From a virus (taxonomy: Duplodnaviria > Caudoviricetes), in IMG/VR virus record IMGVR_UViG_3300033069_000690, positions 1 to 64,000 of that record: a stretch of DNA of 64,000 bases; one strand, given 5' to 3'. This document shows positions 24,806-34,803 of this stretch, in pieces (within the stretch, counting starts at the first letter, position 1; every line of letters starts with the position of its first letter). The notes under the pieces are model-generated. The model did not search any database and was not told the origin of the DNA. It worked only from the letters and a program-made list of their open reading frames with translations. The position numbers and the translations under genes are program-made.

Positions 24806-26017
24806 ATGGCACTATTCGGATTAGAAAATCTAGATACTAGAATTAACGCGTATGAGGTGGATAGAAGAGTTACACAAGAGGAGCTATGGACCTATTACTT
24901 AGGTCATTGTCAAGTAGGAAAAAGAATAAAAATTCCTTGGGATAAGGATGATAATCCTTCAGCCTCTTTATTCAGATCTTCCTCAACTAACGACATCTTA
25001 TTACAAGATCATAGAAGCGCACAAACCTTTAATATCTATCATTTTCTTATTAAGATGGGAAAAGTAGATAGTTACAGAGAAGGTTTAAGCCTAATTAATG
25101 AGGATTTTAATTTAGGATTAGGTAAACTAAACACTTCACAAACACCCTTTAGAAAAGAAAAACCAATGGTAGTAACTGTTGATCCTAAAACTAAGTTTAG
25201 GAAAGTTATTAAAATAATACCGAAGAATTTTACAGTTGAGGGTTATAGATATTGGGCACAATATGGTATTAAACCGTCAACATTAAGATTCTTTAATGTA
25301 CAACAGATCCATGGGTATCATATACAACATGGACCACAAGAAGATTTCTGCACCCATACTTTCCCTACAGAATTAGTATTCTCGTATGAATTCTTCGATC
25401 CAGATGTGTATGAACGTAAGGGTATACTGGAACATGTTGGTTTCAAAATATATCGTCCAGAACATTCAGGAGAAAGAAGGTGGATCTCTAATGTGGGTAA
25501 GAATGTTATTCAAGGACATCTTCAGCTCAAGAAATACTTAGAAATGTATGATATCCTTAGACTTAAGGATAAGACACTGCATAACTACAAATTACTTGAT
25601 ATGAAGTATAAGGCAAACCATATGTGGAAGGCTTTAAATGAAGACTTTCATAAAGGTTTTAAAACTTGTTTACTTACTAAATCATTAAAAGACATAATGG
25701 TTTGGTATGAAATGGGTATTATTAGCTTTGCTCCACAGAGTGAAACTCCTATATTTCCCTCACCATCACTATTATACGATATGAACATGTGGTTTGATGA
25801 TATTATAGTTAACTATGATAACGACATCACAGGAATTCGTAACGCAAAAGAACTAATTAGGGATAATTCCAATAGATTACATGAAAAAGTTCTTCTCACT
25901 ACGCCGTGTAAAGATATTTCTGACTACGTTAAGGAATTTGGTATGCATAATGCTGTTATTAAATACAAAACTTTCCTCCAGAATATTGAGGAGTTTGAAA
26001 AAAGAAGGGTGGTATGA
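24806..26017 (+). CDS. dnaG: DNA primase (DnaG-like TOPRIM; start moved to ATG 24806)
   Basis: DDNPSASL N-terminal motif, TKSLKD, PQSE, YDNDITG and KDISDY. Confidence 0.85.
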   Translation: MALFGLENLDTRINAYEVDRRVTQEELWTYYLGHCQVGKRIKIPWDKDDNPSASLFRSSSTNDILLQDHRSAQTFNIYHFLIKMGKVDSYREGLSLINEDFNLGLGKLNTSQTPFRKEKPMVVTVDPKTKFRKVIKIIPKNFTVEGYRYWAQYGIKPSTLRFFNVQQIHGYHIQHGPQEDFCTHTFPTELVFSYEFFDPDVYERKGILEHVGFKIYRPEHSGERRWISNVGKNVIQGHLQLKKYLEMYDILRLKDKTLHNYKLLDMKYKANHMWKALNEDFHKGFKTCLLTKSLKDIMVWYEMGIISFAPQSETPIFPSPSLLYDMNMWFDDIIVNYDNDITGIRNAKELIRDNSNRLHEKVLLTTPCKDISDYVKEFGMHNAVIKYKTFLQNIEEFEKRRVV

Positions 26018-27215
26018 AAGGTACACGCTGAATGAAACGTTTCTAAGACTCTTCATGGAGAAATTTGGTCCTAATGGATTTGATAAGGATATTATTACTG
26101 CTTACCTTAGAAATAATCGTAGTTTTAGGAATGGTTTTATAGAAGTATATCAAACAAAAAAATACGCCTATTTACATTTAGGGCAAAATGTATTTAGAGC
26201 AAAACGGAAAGTTATAGAGCATTTAATAGTTACTAGAGGAAGACCTACTCCTTGTGTTAATAGCCATGCTAATAAGGATTTTAGAGAATATTATTTTAAA
26301 TTTCCCTATTATATAGCTGTAATAATTACTTACTATCAAGATGCTTTAAACTCAACTTTCTTTAGTGTTGAAGTACCAGGAGTACCTCTATCTAATTCAT
26401 TTACATTACGTAACCAAGAAAACCAAGACGATTCTTCTCCACAACAAAATCTAAAAAGTATGATTCAAAAAGAACATATAGTTGGAGCCGTGACTAAAAA
26501 TCCTGTTAATGTGGTAGTTACAGGAGCAAATAAAAAAGATCAGAGAAATATTGTAGGGTTACCTGTCCTAGATGACAAAGGTAATGTTAAGATTTTCTGT
26601 AAAAGATCTCCTTTACTAGGACTTAGTAAGAACGGTAAGAAAAGTAAAGATAACAAGCCAAAATGGTATATCTTTTCTTATGAAGATCTTTTAATTAATG
26701 ATTTAGACAACTTATCTAAATCTAGAGTAACAGAAAGTTCATCTGTTAAGCTCATTAATAGTTCTTCTAATTGCTTTAACTTAGAATTCAAAGTGAACTC
26801 CTTGAAAGATGAGCAAACAAATGAGGTTCTAACAGGCATTAAAGCTAAGATATTAGAAGAAAAATCTATTTGCAAATTAAAAGGCATCCTTGTTCAAAGA
26901 AACGAAAAAGAAGGACGGACACTATTCTTAACTGAGTATGCTGGTCTTCCTATAAGTTTCCTATCGACCAATTGTGAGCTGTTTAAACCTTCTTTAAAAG
27001 GCTTTAATATTCCTAAAAACAGGAATAAAGTTGAGGGTATAACCTGTAAAATTGTTCGTAATAAACAGACCATATTCAATATGGATGAGAGGGTTAAAAT
27101 CCTCAAGTTTGAGAAAAACTCAAAAACACCACAAAGACACTATTTCACTGTACAATCACTAGAAACTCCTAGCAAAATCAGTACAGTTTACTCGCATAAC
27201 TTAAAAGTAATCTAA
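25881..27215 (+). CDS. large hypothetical protein (true start uncertain; TTG 25995 or ATG ~26056 are possible)
   Basis: 444-codon frame; TAATG coupling to the ATP-grasp gene. Confidence 0.7.
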   Translation: MKKFFSLRRVKIFLTTLRNLVCIMLLLNTKLSSRILRSLKKEGWYERYTLNETFLRLFMEKFGPNGFDKDIITAYLRNNRSFRNGFIEVYQTKKYAYLHLGQNVFRAKRKVIEHLIVTRGRPTPCVNSHANKDFREYYFKFPYYIAVIITYYQDALNSTFFSVEVPGVPLSNSFTLRNQENQDDSSPQQNLKSMIQKEHIVGAVTKNPVNVVVTGANKKDQRNIVGLPVLDDKGNVKIFCKRSPLLGLSKNGKKSKDNKPKWYIFSYEDLLINDLDNLSKSRVTESSSVKLINSSSNCFNLEFKVNSLKDEQTNEVLTGIKAKILEEKSICKLKGILVQRNEKEGRTLFLTEYAGLPISFLSTNCELFKPSLKGFNIPKNRNKVEGITCKIVRNKQTIFNMDERVKILKFEKNSKTPQRHYFTVQSLETPSKISTVYSHNLKVI

Positions 27216-28162
27216 TGACAAAGGTAATTACTCGTCGAATCAAACCAGTAGCTAAAGAAGTTGCACCAGTAGTAGCTAAAAAGGAAGCTGCTAAAGCACC
27301 AGTTGCTGCTAAGCCCAATTTTCCCACTTCAACTAGTGGTAAAAATTATACTCAATTTCGTCCGCAAATTCGTAGTAGACATCCCAGCCATAGCTGTTTG
27401 CGTAATGCTTTACCTCGCCTTCCTTTCCCTTCAGTTATTCGCTTTGGTTCTACTACCGTTCTCCCGGATGTGGTATCTAAAGGAGGTCGTCGTGTTGAAG
27501 TTAATACTGTGGAAGCTGTTACTAAGTCGGCCAATAAGTTATTAATGAAACAAGCATTTGCTGAGAATGATGTAAAAACAGCAATTTGGACTCGTACAGC
27601 TAATGCTGAAGAGCTTCGTCGTTTCTTTAACGAACATGGTCAAATCGTGGCTAAATCCTTCTTTGGAAGTCGTGGTGAGGGTAATACCTTTATTAGCTCA
27701 ATGGATGCGTTAAATCGCTTTATTTTAGCTAATACGATCAATAATTTCGTGTTTGAGAAGTACTACAACTACGTACGTGAATACCGCTTACACGTAACAG
27801 CTGAAGGCGTGTTCTATACATGTCGTAAGATGTTAAAGCGTGACACTCCTGAAGCAGAACGTTGGTATCGTAATGATAGCAATTGTGTGTGGATCTTAGA
27901 AGAGAACCCAGACTTCGATCGTCCTCTATGTTGGGATGCTATTGTAGAGCAATCTGTAGCAGCTCTTAATGCAGTAGGATTAGATATTGGTGCTGTGGAC
28001 GTAAAAGTACAATCTAATACTAAGGGCGGAAACCGCCGTCAAACCGTAGATTTCATCATTCTTGAAATCAATTCTGCTCCAGCGTTTGGAGAACTTACCG
28101 AAACTCTTTATAAAGAAGAGTTGATGAAAGTTTTAAAGGCAAAACATAATGCAAATCAATAA
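27215..28162 (+). CDS. ATP-grasp (RimK-like) amide ligase
   Basis: NKLLMKQAF, IVAKSFFGSRGEG, FEKY, REYRLHV, GAVDV and ILEINSAP. Confidence 0.9.
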   Translation: MTKVITRRIKPVAKEVAPVVAKKEAAKAPVAAKPNFPTSTSGKNYTQFRPQIRSRHPSHSCLRNALPRLPFPSVIRFGSTTVLPDVVSKGGRRVEVNTVEAVTKSANKLLMKQAFAENDVKTAIWTRTANAEELRRFFNEHGQIVAKSFFGSRGEGNTFISSMDALNRFILANTINNFVFEKYYNYVREYRLHVTAEGVFYTCRKMLKRDTPEAERWYRNDSNCVWILEENPDFDRPLCWDAIVEQSVAALNAVGLDIGAVDVKVQSNTKGGNRRQTVDFIILEINSAPAFGELTETLYKEELMKVLKAKHNANQ

Positions 28163-28997
28163 TTTATTAATTGGATCTGATCCAGAGGCGATGATTATTC
28201 ATCAAGAATCTGGTAAGATGATCAGTGCTGTAGGATTAATTCCGGGAACTAAAGAAGAACCAGTAAGTATTGGTAATGGATGTTATATCCAAGCTGATAA
28301 TGTTAATGTAGAATGGTGTTTACCACCAAGCAACGATCCTGTTGATTTTACTAAAAATCTTAAGTATTGTGTTGACTACACTAACAAAATATTACCTCAA
28401 GGACATAGAGTGTTGTTAAAGAGTAGTCACATCTTTGATGGTGACCAGCTATTAACACCAGAAGCCCTTGAATTTGGTTGTGATCAAGATTATTGTATCT
28501 ATAATGTAGATACTGGTAGTCCTAATCCTAAACCTGCTGCTGCCAATCCTAATTTAAGAAGCTGTGGAGGTCATATCCACTTTGGTTCTATCAACTTGAT
28601 TAATCAACAAGATGCAATCTACTTCTTAAAGACGCATGTAGAGCCTATCTTAGGAATCGCTCTAGTTGCTTTAGATCCAGATCAACGTCGTAAGGAATTA
28701 TATGGTAAAGCAGGAGCTTTCCGTTATAAGCCTTATGGTATTGAGTATCGTACACCATCAAATTTCTGGTTAACTACTCCTGAACTAATCCACTTTGTAT
28801 TTGAGCTAATCTATACAAGAATGGTTGGTGTTAGACCTGAGGACTTACCATATCGTGTCCTATTCAAAGACATGGGACCAGAATTTGCAGCACCTGCTTT
28901 CATTCAATCAGTCATTAATGAAAATAAGGTAGAACAAGCAACGAAAATCATGTCTGTTCTAGACATCAAATTACCAGTATTAACAACAAATAATTAA
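28149..28997 (+). CDS. phiEco32-like COOH-NH2 ligase type 2 (glutamine synthetase-like)
   Basis: IGSDPE, DNVNVE, FGCDQD, RSCGGHIHFG, YGKAGAFR and GIEYRTPSNFW. Confidence 0.88.
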   Translation: MQINNLLIGSDPEAMIIHQESGKMISAVGLIPGTKEEPVSIGNGCYIQADNVNVEWCLPPSNDPVDFTKNLKYCVDYTNKILPQGHRVLLKSSHIFDGDQLLTPEALEFGCDQDYCIYNVDTGSPNPKPAAANPNLRSCGGHIHFGSINLINQQDAIYFLKTHVEPILGIALVALDPDQRRKELYGKAGAFRYKPYGIEYRTPSNFWLTTPELIHFVFELIYTRMVGVRPEDLPYRVLFKDMGPEFAAPAFIQSVINENKVEQATKIMSVLDIKLPVLTTNN

Positions 28998-29001
28998 AAC
29001 T

Positions 29002-30519
29002 ATGTGTGGAATAGTAGGATTTGTAGGCACTAATAATGCTCAATTTGATCTTAACACAATTAAGATATTAATGTATGTAAACTCTAAACAAAGAGGTACA
29101 GACGCATGTGGGGTATTTACTCCAGAATTGGGTATATTAAAGTCTACAGGGGAAGCATATGATTTCCTCTATAAAAACGAGGATAAAATTGTTCCTTCTA
29201 GTATTTTCATAGGTCATGTTAGAGCTAAGACTAAGGGTGTTAACTCTGATGAAAATGCTCACCCATTTCAATATGAAAACATTGTAGGAGTTCATAATGG
29301 GACTCTAACAAACAATGATGACCTTATAAAACAAGTTGGTGGAAATCCACTTGATTTTAAAGTTGATAGTCAGGCTATCTTCTACCGTTTAGGTAAAGAT
29401 AAGAAAGCCACAGTATTATCAGATTTAAAAGGCCCAGCAGCAGTTCTATTCCAAGATACAACTGATCCTGATGTCTTATATGCTTTCAGAAATGATGAAA
29501 GACCATTGGTATTTGGTAAGCGTCCAGAAGGTCTTTATATTTCTTCTATTGCAGATCCTTTGGAATGGGTTAATTGTACAGAAATTGAACATGCTCTTCC
29601 TGGTTACATTTACCGAATTCGTGATGGTAAATTAGAGAAGAAATGGAGAATTCGCTATCATAAGGCTACTGAGAACATCTTGGATGTAAAGTATATTGCT
29701 AATGTTCCCTCTGCATGTTTGGCTGGGCTTATCTTATATGTGAATGGTGGAAATGCTATTCCCTATTCTAGCTTTCAGAACATAAAGCCTGGTTATTATC
29801 GTATTAAACACACAACAGTTGAAGACCAACTTCAACTTTATAGTGTTGAAAACTTTAATGATAAAATATATGAACAGACAAGTAAGACTAACGTCAACTT
29901 AGCTTCTGTAAAATCTTTGTTCATTAAAGGTAGCTTCGTAGTAGCTAACTACAACCTTACAGCTGGTAGCAAGAAGAAACAAAAGCGTACAGTAGCTTCT
30001 AAGGGAGATCTATTGAAGATAGAAGGACCTATGAAAACCTTTGCGCAAGAAACAATTAAGGTTAGACACTTAAAAAGTGGTAGAACTGAAACTGTTCAAG
30101 TTTCTGATGTATTACCATTGTTTGAGACTCATGAAGTCTTAAGAATTGCTCGTGAGCAAGGTATTAAGCTACAACACAACGAATTACCAGTTAGTACCTT
30201 TACTAAGGATCAATTGATTCAACGAGTAAAGAACTTGACAAATAAATTTATCTCTGGTACACCACTTGATAATTTTACAAACCTGGATATTGATCCATCA
30301 GAAAGACCTATAGATATGGCATTTGAAATTGAAAGTCAACCAGCAAAAATTCACAGTTTAATCGTTAAAGCACAATCTGTCTTTACTAAGATAGCTATAA
30401 AGTTTCCAGAAGAAACAGAATTAGTTGCTGAGATTAATGAATTTAATAAAGAAGCAGAAGAGTGTAAAAACATTCTTATTGCTATGGAAGACGATATCAC
30501 CGAATCAGAAACCGTTTAA
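29002..30519 (+). CDS. class II (Ntn) glutamine amidotransferase with a long C-terminal extension
   Basis: MCGIVG (catalytic Cys2), RGTDACG, GHVRAKT, NAHPF, HNGTL and VDSQ. Confidence 0.9.
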   Translation: MCGIVGFVGTNNAQFDLNTIKILMYVNSKQRGTDACGVFTPELGILKSTGEAYDFLYKNEDKIVPSSIFIGHVRAKTKGVNSDENAHPFQYENIVGVHNGTLTNNDDLIKQVGGNPLDFKVDSQAIFYRLGKDKKATVLSDLKGPAAVLFQDTTDPDVLYAFRNDERPLVFGKRPEGLYISSIADPLEWVNCTEIEHALPGYIYRIRDGKLEKKWRIRYHKATENILDVKYIANVPSACLAGLILYVNGGNAIPYSSFQNIKPGYYRIKHTTVEDQLQLYSVENFNDKIYEQTSKTNVNLASVKSLFIKGSFVVANYNLTAGSKKKQKRTVASKGDLLKIEGPMKTFAQETIKVRHLKSGRTETVQVSDVLPLFETHEVLRIAREQGIKLQHNELPVSTFTKDQLIQRVKNLTNKFISGTPLDNFTNLDIDPSERPIDMAFEIESQPAKIHSLIVKAQSVFTKIAIKFPEETELVAEINEFNKEAEECKNILIAMEDDITESETV

Positions 30520-30528
30520 ATTTAGTAA

Positions 30529-32097
30529 ATGGCAACTCAAAGAAGAAGACCTGGATTAGAGGAAGCGAAAAACGTTAAGCCTCAAAGAAAGACAGTTTTA
30601 AATTCTGTTATAAAATTCAGTAAAACTGAAAGTGAGCCTCTTGAAATTGTAGAGAACTTAATAAAACTAGAACTAGTTAAAATAGCAGAACTTGATGCTA
30701 CTCCTAATCCTGGATTGAGTGAAAAGAAAATAAAGGATTTAAAGGAAGAGGGCTACGAGTTTGTATATGGTGGATGGGCTAAAGGAAAAGACTTGATTAA
30801 GTGTGCTATTACTGGTACACGATTCAAGAATGGTGGACAGGTAGGAAATGTAGTTACTAAAATAACTCATTTGAAAGGAAGTAATAACTTATCTTTTCAG
30901 CAAACTGTTGAAGTTCACCCATTGATCTATCCATTATTACCTATCATGTTTTATAAAGGATCTAGCTATAAAGTAAGTTTAGATGCTTTATTAAGCGTAG
31001 CAGATCTAGTAGTAGAAGTACCTCTAAGAGGTATTTATGCAATGGAAGAAGATGCTGCAAATTATGAATACCAAGATTATTATAAGTTTAATAATTGTAA
31101 ATTTGAAAGCACAGGTGACTTATCCTTAGATTTCTTCTATGGGTTAAATTCACCAACATTCTCCACTACCCACCAGATGAGATACTCTTTTGGTGTAGAA
31201 ATTGAATGTGTAACAAGCTACTTAGCTCCTAATATTACAAAAGCATTTAATGCTGCGTGTGTAAGAGATGGTAGTATTGGAGGAAGTCGTACACAGGGTG
31301 GTCCTGAGTATGTTACTGGTATCCTAAAGGGTGATGCGGGTATGCTACAGCTTCAAAAGCTAGTAAATTTCCTATCCCCTCGATCTTCCATTGACCGTAC
31401 TTGTGGTATTCACGTACATATTGGCGGTTTTAAAGTAAATAAACAATTTGCATTAGCAATCCATAAGTTAGGATTATTAGTACAAACTGACTTACTTAAA
31501 ATGTTACCAGTTTCTAGACGCTCTAATGAGTACTGTCGTCCTATGAAAGATATTGGTATTCAGTTACCAGATCTAACTAAATTAGGAAGTAACGTATTAT
31601 TAGACAAAGAATTTGATAAGCTTGTAAATTACATTGGTTGTGTGGATGCCGCACGTCCAGTTAAAACAGGTTCATTAAATAAGCGTACTCAACACCCTAT
31701 GGGTAAGAAGTGTGGTTATAACCATTCCACACCTCGTTATGAGTGGATTAACTTTGTACCATTGTTATTCGATGATAAGGGTATTCAGAGTTATACCATA
31801 GAATTCCGCCCTCATAGTGCTAGTTTGAACTATGAGAAGATTAAGAACTGGGTACTGATTTGTATGGCTCTAGTCAAATTTGCTGAAGAGAACTACGATT
31901 TAATTCGTGTTAGTAAATCTTTAACAATTGAGGAGATAATCAATTTAGTAACCAACAACAAAGCTTCTAGTTTAATTAATTACATTAATAACAGAAAAGC
32001 TTTATTCACAAGTAATTCAGCGGAAGGAGAAGAGTATTCGAAAGACTCCTTCAATGAAAATATATCACAATTATCTTTAAAAGAACTATGTGCATAG
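30529..32097 (+). CDS. amidoligase (Amidoligase_2 / COOH-NH2 ligase type 1)
   Basis: FGVEIEC, RDGS, PEYVT, TCGIHVHIG, RY.WINF and TIEFR. Confidence 0.88.
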   Translation: MATQRRRPGLEEAKNVKPQRKTVLNSVIKFSKTESEPLEIVENLIKLELVKIAELDATPNPGLSEKKIKDLKEEGYEFVYGGWAKGKDLIKCAITGTRFKNGGQVGNVVTKITHLKGSNNLSFQQTVEVHPLIYPLLPIMFYKGSSYKVSLDALLSVADLVVEVPLRGIYAMEEDAANYEYQDYYKFNNCKFESTGDLSLDFFYGLNSPTFSTTHQMRYSFGVEIECVTSYLAPNITKAFNAACVRDGSIGGSRTQGGPEYVTGILKGDAGMLQLQKLVNFLSPRSSIDRTCGIHVHIGGFKVNKQFALAIHKLGLLVQTDLLKMLPVSRRSNEYCRPMKDIGIQLPDLTKLGSNVLLDKEFDKLVNYIGCVDAARPVKTGSLNKRTQHPMGKKCGYNHSTPRYEWINFVPLLFDDKGIQSYTIEFRPHSASLNYEKIKNWVLICMALVKFAEENYDLIRVSKSLTIEEIINLVTNNKASSLINYINNRKALFTSNSAEGEEYSKDSFNENISQLSLKELCA

Positions 32098-33593
32098 TTG
32101 AATATTTCCCACCTGGTGTTGATAAGGACACAGAATTTGTAAAGGAAAGTATCAGACAAGGAGCAGCATCTAATAGTATGGGTCTAGGATTTGCTTTTAA
32201 GAAGAAGGGTAAGCTTTACTTACATAAAGGATTCGAATCAAATCGGGTGAATGACCTTATAAAAGAGATCGAATCTCATGCGTTAACGAAAGATGACGAA
32301 TTAGTATTTCACGCTCGTATCGCCACATCAGGAGGAACTCGTCCAGAAATGACTCATCCATTTGTATGTAGTAACGACATTGAAGAAGTAGGTATCTTAA
32401 AAGGATATGTAGAAAAGCCAGTATTAGCTCATAATGGAGTGTTTCCTAAATTAGGAAATACTAAATACAGCGATACTTTCGAATTTGCACATCAAATTTT
32501 AGGAGATTCTGCTGCATTAGCTCTATTAAAGTTAGACCAAGAAGCTTTCTCTGAGAGCGTTAAGGATATCTGGGGCTGGAGTAAAGTAGTAGTTATGTTT
32601 CCCGGGGATGAGAAAACCAAAGTATTAGGTGAATTCATTACTGATAAAGACTGTAAGTTTTCCAACAATGGCTACAAAACTTATGTAAGGAACGTAGGAG
32701 GCGTTGAAAGACGAGACAACTTTCAAGGGCGTGCTTATGCTTACGGAGGGAGACAAGGGAGAATCGACGACGTTGACTCCAGAGACGGATTTGAAGACGA
32801 ATACGACCACAGTTGTGGGGCAGGCTGTTTCCCCTCTCAGGGAGCGCGAATTGGCCAGTCGCGTTCGAGTATCCAGAGGGGGATCCACCCTTTTAAACTT
32901 GATGAGAGCTTTGTTCATAGTGGGATGTTCCATTCTTGGCCTGTTATTTATAGCAACACTGCTCTTGTCCCTAATATTTTTAATTATGACATGTTGGTAG
33001 GAACATGTAATAATGACATTGCTAACTTCAGAAAAGGAGAAAAAATCTTCCTAAACTCTTATGACCCATTTGCTGGCGCAGCTATTTGCAATAGCGTAGA
33101 AGACACTAGTAACATACTATCATGTTTTGAGGAAATAAAAGATTTAGTAAAGAATTGTACATTCGTCCCTAAAGCAGTAGATGGTCCTTTCCTAAAGGAA
33201 TACTCAAAAATTAACGAGATACTCTGGAATATAAGAGTAGATAACGACAGACCTTTATATGATACAGATACGGACTTACCGATATCTAAAGGCAAAATGA
33301 AGGACATCTTCAAATTCGTTATGGATGAGGCTACAGAAACTGTTGGAGGTAGACTATACTTAAAGGCTAATAAAAGCAAATACAGTCTAGTAGACTCTCC
33401 TCGAAAAGGCAGCATAGCATTAGCTTCTATTGTTAGTACAGCAGCGTTAGTGCTTTGGTATGCAGAAAGACAACATCTCTTCCCTAAAACCTATCAATTC
33501 TCTCACACAACAGTGGGTTACTTGATTGGTAAGAAGAACAGTTTCTTCTCTGAATTCGGAGCAGGATTTACAACAACAGGCGGAGTCCTATAA
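32088..33593 (+). CDS. second class II glutamine amidotransferase (YafJ-like) with a C-terminal extension
   Basis: MCIV (Cys2), N.MGLGFA, FHARIATSG, THPF, AHNG and SDT. Confidence 0.85.
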   Translation: MCIVEYFPPGVDKDTEFVKESIRQGAASNSMGLGFAFKKKGKLYLHKGFESNRVNDLIKEIESHALTKDDELVFHARIATSGGTRPEMTHPFVCSNDIEEVGILKGYVEKPVLAHNGVFPKLGNTKYSDTFEFAHQILGDSAALALLKLDQEAFSESVKDIWGWSKVVVMFPGDEKTKVLGEFITDKDCKFSNNGYKTYVRNVGGVERRDNFQGRAYAYGGRQGRIDDVDSRDGFEDEYDHSCGAGCFPSQGARIGQSRSSIQRGIHPFKLDESFVHSGMFHSWPVIYSNTALVPNIFNYDMLVGTCNNDIANFRKGEKIFLNSYDPFAGAAICNSVEDTSNILSCFEEIKDLVKNCTFVPKAVDGPFLKEYSKINEILWNIRVDNDRPLYDTDTDLPISKGKMKDIFKFVMDEATETVGGRLYLKANKSKYSLVDSPRKGSIALASIVSTAALVLWYAERQHLFPKTYQFSHTTVGYLIGKKNSFFSEFGAGFTTTGGVL

Positions 33594-33603
33594 AAATTAA
33601 TAC

Positions 33604-33626
33604 GGGGGTAGCAATACCCCCTTTTT
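33604..33626 (+). terminator. intrinsic terminator
   Basis: GGGGGTA-GCAA-TACCCCC followed by TTTTT. Confidence 0.85.
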
Positions 33627-33629
33627 ACT

Positions 33630-33833
33630 ATGCTTAGAGGAACAGAAACCAGATTTAAAAGAGGGTCTCACAAAGAGACTTTTCATGAGTACCCTGTCTT
33701 ATATGTAGTACAATACTTACCTAAGTACAATCAAGTAGAGGTTAGTAAGAAAGAAGATTTAAGTAATCCCTTCTTTGTACATATAGAAGACTTAGAAGCG
33801 GAGGATGATTCTCCAGCTGAAAGAACCCCTTAA
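33630..33833 (+). CDS. hypothetical protein
   Basis: 67-aa ORF. Confidence 0.6.
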   Translation: MLRGTETRFKRGSHKETFHEYPVLYVVQYLPKYNQVEVSKKEDLSNPFFVHIEDLEAEDDSPAERTP

Positions 33834-33838
33834 TTAGG

Positions 33839-34138
33839 ATGATTTATTTAAAAATATTTTTGTTAGTTTTTTTACAAAACGCTAGCTTTACTTTAGTTAG
33901 TAGAGCACGAACAGGTAACAATATGTGGTATCACATGTGCGCATCTGTTCTATCTAATGGTATATGGTTACTTGTTATCCGTCAAGTAGTCTTAAACCTA
34001 GAAAGTCCTGGCTTTCAACTATCCTATTTAATAGGAGCAGTTACAGGCTCAGTACTAATGCACTACATTGCATTACATCATATTGAGGAGAAAGAGATAT
34101 GGAAGAGGCTAAAAGCGAAGTTACTACAAGGGAGATAA
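33839..34138 (+). CDS. small multi-pass membrane protein
   Basis: Three hydrophobic segments; FLQNASFTLVSRAR motif. Confidence 0.75.
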   Translation: MIYLKIFLLVFLQNASFTLVSRARTGNNMWYHMCASVLSNGIWLLVIRQVVLNLESPGFQLSYLIGAVTGSVLMHYIALHHIEEKEIWKRLKAKLLQGR

Positions 34139-34803
34139 AAGTAGGAGATATTTATTTGGTAGGAACCAATAGATATGCTTTACCAAATAAATACATTGTT
34201 AAGGAGATTCTCCCAAACAATAGAGTTATAGGAACACCTACTAAATCACATTTCGGAGGTCTTACAGAACTTATACATTCGTATTCTGAAATTATTTTAG
34301 ATAAGGAAGTAGAAGGATTTGGTAAGGAATATCCTAAATATCTTAGAATTGATGATACTCTATATTGGTTTACAGAAATTTTTCCTGTAACTAACTTTGA
34401 AGGAGATCGTTTATTAGGAATGTACTATAGAGCAACGTACAGATGTAAAGAAGATGGTTATAAGAGCTTCAAGAGCATAAACTATAATGATCCTATCTTA
34501 ATAATTAATTCAATTGAGGAGTCTGAAGTAGATACTAAACAACATAATTATCAAGACTTAATAGATGAACATGAAGAATTATTAGGGCAAAAAGTAGTTA
34601 TTTCTAATAGAATCAGAGATATCAAAGAAGAACTACTTGAAACCCAACGTAACTGTAAACATCAGTATAGTGGAGAAACCTTTGAATTATCAGATAATTA
34701 CAATGGTAGTTACGATTTTGCAGAAATAATTTATACTAAAACATGTATTAAATGTTTACACGAATCCCAAGAAGTAATTAGTATAAGTTCTGACGATGAC
34801 TAG
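34099..34803 (+). CDS. hypothetical protein (coiled coil plus C-terminal C-x-H...CxxC)
   Basis: 234-aa ORF. Confidence 0.7.
   Translation: MEEAKSEVTTREIKVGDIYLVGTNRYALPNKYIVKEILPNNRVIGTPTKSHFGGLTELIHSYSEIILDKEVEGFGKEYPKYLRIDDTLYWFTEIFPVTNFEGDRLLGMYYRATYRCKEDGYKSFKSINYNDPILIINSIEESEVDTKQHNYQDLIDEHEELLGQKVVISNRIRDIKEELLETQRNCKHQYSGETFELSDNYNGSYDFAEIIYTKTCIKCLHESQEVISISSDDD

Noticed and set aside
25990-26020. -1 frameshift at GAAAAAAG fusing the primase to the 25881 ORF
   Set aside because: The downstream ORF is in the +1 frame relative to the primase and the A-run is not in X_XXY_YYZ register.
32704-33000. 98-aa alternative-frame ORF inside the second GATase
   Set aside because: It is fully nested in a well-supported gene and has no motif; a by-product of a GC-richer linker.
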